Assembly: GCF_006345805.1 (NCBI RefSeq)
Contig: NW_021828706.1
Span: 1-7,697, forward strand
DNA: 7,697 bases
Source of the DNA: Octopus sinensis
Lineage: Eukaryota
Reading direction: 5' to 3'
Shown here in pieces: positions 6,279 to 7,697 of the stretch. The position numbers and the translations under genes were made by a program. The number at the start of each line of letters is the position of its first letter. The stretch's first letter is position 1. The notes beneath the pieces are model-generated. The model was not told where the DNA came from, made no database searches, and worked only from the letters and a program-made list of their open reading frames with translations.

Positions 6279-6470
6279 ATTAAAATCAAAATAAGCAACA
6301 CAATATCCAGAGGTAATGCAGTACAATTGTTTCAAGCGACTCCACTTAATTGAACAATGCAATCAGTACATCAATTTAAATGCAGAGCAATCCTCAGATG
6401 CATATGGACTCAATTGAAAAGATCATACTGCATTACCTCTGGATATCCTATTGCTTATTTTGATTATAAT
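6279..6470. mobile_element. MITE-like element with 57-bp terminal inverted repeats
   Basis: 6279-6335 vs the reverse complement of 6414-6470: 49/57 identical and ungapped, including an exact 21-nt ATATCCAGAGGTAATGCAGTA. Spacer 78 nt. Left end has TTAA (6280-6283); right end has ATAA (6466-6469). Confidence 0.75.
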
Positions 6471-6483
6471 ATATATATATGAA

Positions 6484-6576
6484 ATGAATACCAGTTGAAC
6501 ACTAGGGTCAATGTAATCAACTTACCCCATTCCCAAACTTGTTGGCCTTGAGCCAAAATTTGAGACCATTATTATT
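6484..6576 (+). mobile_element. 3' fragment of a family-2 SINE variant
   Basis: TACCAGTTGAACACTAGGGTCAATGTAATCAACTTACCCC..TGGCCTTGAGCCAAAATTTGAGACCATTATTATT aligns with the 3' part of 5787-6003; (ATT)n tail. Confidence 0.8.
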
Positions 6577-6724
6577 ACAGTTATCTGCAATATATATTAG
6601 TTTCAATCTTGGTGTTTTGACTTTGCCTCAACACCACCACCACCGTATATATATCTATATACACTTACATTACATTTCTTTTATTTTTTTTATATGTTTC
6701 AGCCCAAAGGTGGTAGGCCATGCT

Positions 6725-6743
6725 GGAATATATATATAAGGAT

Positions 6744-6790
<47 letters not shown>

Positions 6791-6835
6791 ATTACATAAT
6801 ATACGTATACACACACACGTGCCACTCACATACAT
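6725..6835. repeat. (TA)n/(CA)n microsatellite
   Basis: Direct reading. Confidence 0.9.
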
Positions 6836-6887
6836 ATGAGACGTGTTGGAGGTGCATATTATTCATGCATCCACCATACAACTTAAT

Positions 6888-6916
6888 AATGATATAATCA
6901 TAATAATAATAATAAC

Positions 6917-6950
<34 letters not shown>

Positions 6951-6973
6951 CTATAATAATAATATAATAATAA
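6888..6973. repeat. (TAA)n microsatellite, left part
   Basis: Direct reading; flanks the Dong-like insertion. Confidence 0.95.
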
Positions 6974-7190
6974 CCTACACAAAATACTTTCTATGTAATC
7001 TCAAGGTTTAAAACAAACATAATTTTCGGTTTTTTTTTTTTTAGACATTCACTAGTACAACACCAAAAATATATATTTTATATGGCACACTAGGCATAAC
7101 AACAACATGAACTTCCAACCTGTTTCTCTTGAGGTCTCTGGGTGAGACTTGGAGCCAACTTGTACAAATATAAGCAAAAGTCAAACATAG
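6974..7190 (+). mobile_element. Severely 5'-truncated R4/Dong-like non-LTR retrotransposon (last codons plus 3' UTR)
   Basis: CTA CAC AAA ATA CTT TCT ATG TAA (6975-6998) = LHKILSM*, resembling the ...GTAHILRK.LS* end of R4/Dong REL-endonuclease ORFs. The 3' UTR ends GGTCTCTGGGTGAGACTTGGAGCC...GCAAAAGTCAAACATAG. Both flanks are (TAA)n, the known Dong target. Family call is from memory. Confidence 0.7.
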
Positions 7191-7252
7191 AATAATAATA
7201 ATAATATAATAAAATAATATAATAATAATAATAATAATAATAATGTAATAAT
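7191..7252. repeat. (AAT)n microsatellite, right part
   Basis: Direct reading; continuous with the tail of the minus-strand SINE at 7255-7452. Confidence 0.95.
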
Positions 7253-7254
7253 AT

Positions 7255-7452
7255 ATCCTTTCTACTATAGCACAAGGCTGAACTTGAGGGGAGGGGACTA
7301 GTTCAATACATAAATCCCAGTGTTTTAACTGGTACTTATTTTATCAACCCCGAAAGATGAAAGTTAAGGTTGACTTTGTTGGAATTTGAACTCAGAATGC
7401 TGGAAGAAATGCCGTTAAACATTTCATCCTGGAAGCTAAGGATTCTGCCAGG
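7255..7452 (-). mobile_element. Family-2 SINE, minus strand, near full length
   Basis: The reverse complement reads CTGGCAGAATCCTTAGC..GAGTTCAAATTCC (B box, 7381-7393)..CTTTCATCTTTCGGGGTTGATAAAATAAGTACCAG..CCTTGTGCTATAGTAGAAAGGAT, colinear with 5787-6003. Confidence 0.9.
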
Positions 7453-7697
7453 ATTGTTTCTTACTTTTATCTTTGTGAATGTGGGACATTACAGGACAAA
7501 TATAGAAAAAAAAAATTGAAATTAGGTTGGTTACTCAGAACCAAGACCGATCGATAAAAGCCATCACAAAAAATCAACATTAAAAGGGAAATGATATGAG
7601 CATTACAAACACAGGGGTCAGATTTGTAAGCATGCCATTTCAATGACACACTAAGAATCTGCCTAAGGGCTTCAAAGGTTTAGGGGCTCAATTGTAA

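Noticed and set aside
6700-6728. TTTCAGCC...GGCCATGCTGGA as another family-1 SINE remnant
   Set aside because: It matches the SINE 3' end over only ~12 nt plus a short flank, which is too little to call.
7467-7697. Unique sequence at the window end and ORF 7467..7649
   Set aside because: A short ORF with no recognisable domain and no convincing splice-site pair.

Overview
AT-rich, microsatellite-laden eukaryotic non-coding DNA. The repeat families are ones I recognise from memory as octopus (Octopus sp.; inferred, no database search run). No intact protein-coding gene is supported: almost all ORFs in the track are translations of (TA)n/(CA)n/(GATA)n repeats. The window is a mosaic of mobile elements. 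It holds five pieces of a tRNA-derived CORE-like SINE family (one near full length with intact A/B boxes) and three pieces of a second tRNA-derived SINE family. It also holds a 5'-truncated, decayed RTE-clade LINE (minus strand, ~451-1120) whose ORF ended in two C2H2 zinc fingers, a short R4/Dong-like LINE 3' end inserted in a (TAA)n tract, and a Helentron-type non-autonomous element. Four small inverted-repeat (MITE-like) elements are present, three with TTAA-like ends. The most striking structural theme is the density of fold-back sequence: a 71-bp-arm hairpin at 1440-1597, three other palindromic elements, and a tail-to-tail inverted SINE pair ~60 bp apart. If transcribed, these would give abundant dsRNA in a lineage known for extensive A-to-I editing. 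I see no prokaryotic-type system, CRISPR array or clearly new gene system; the findings are testable hypotheses about repeat biology.
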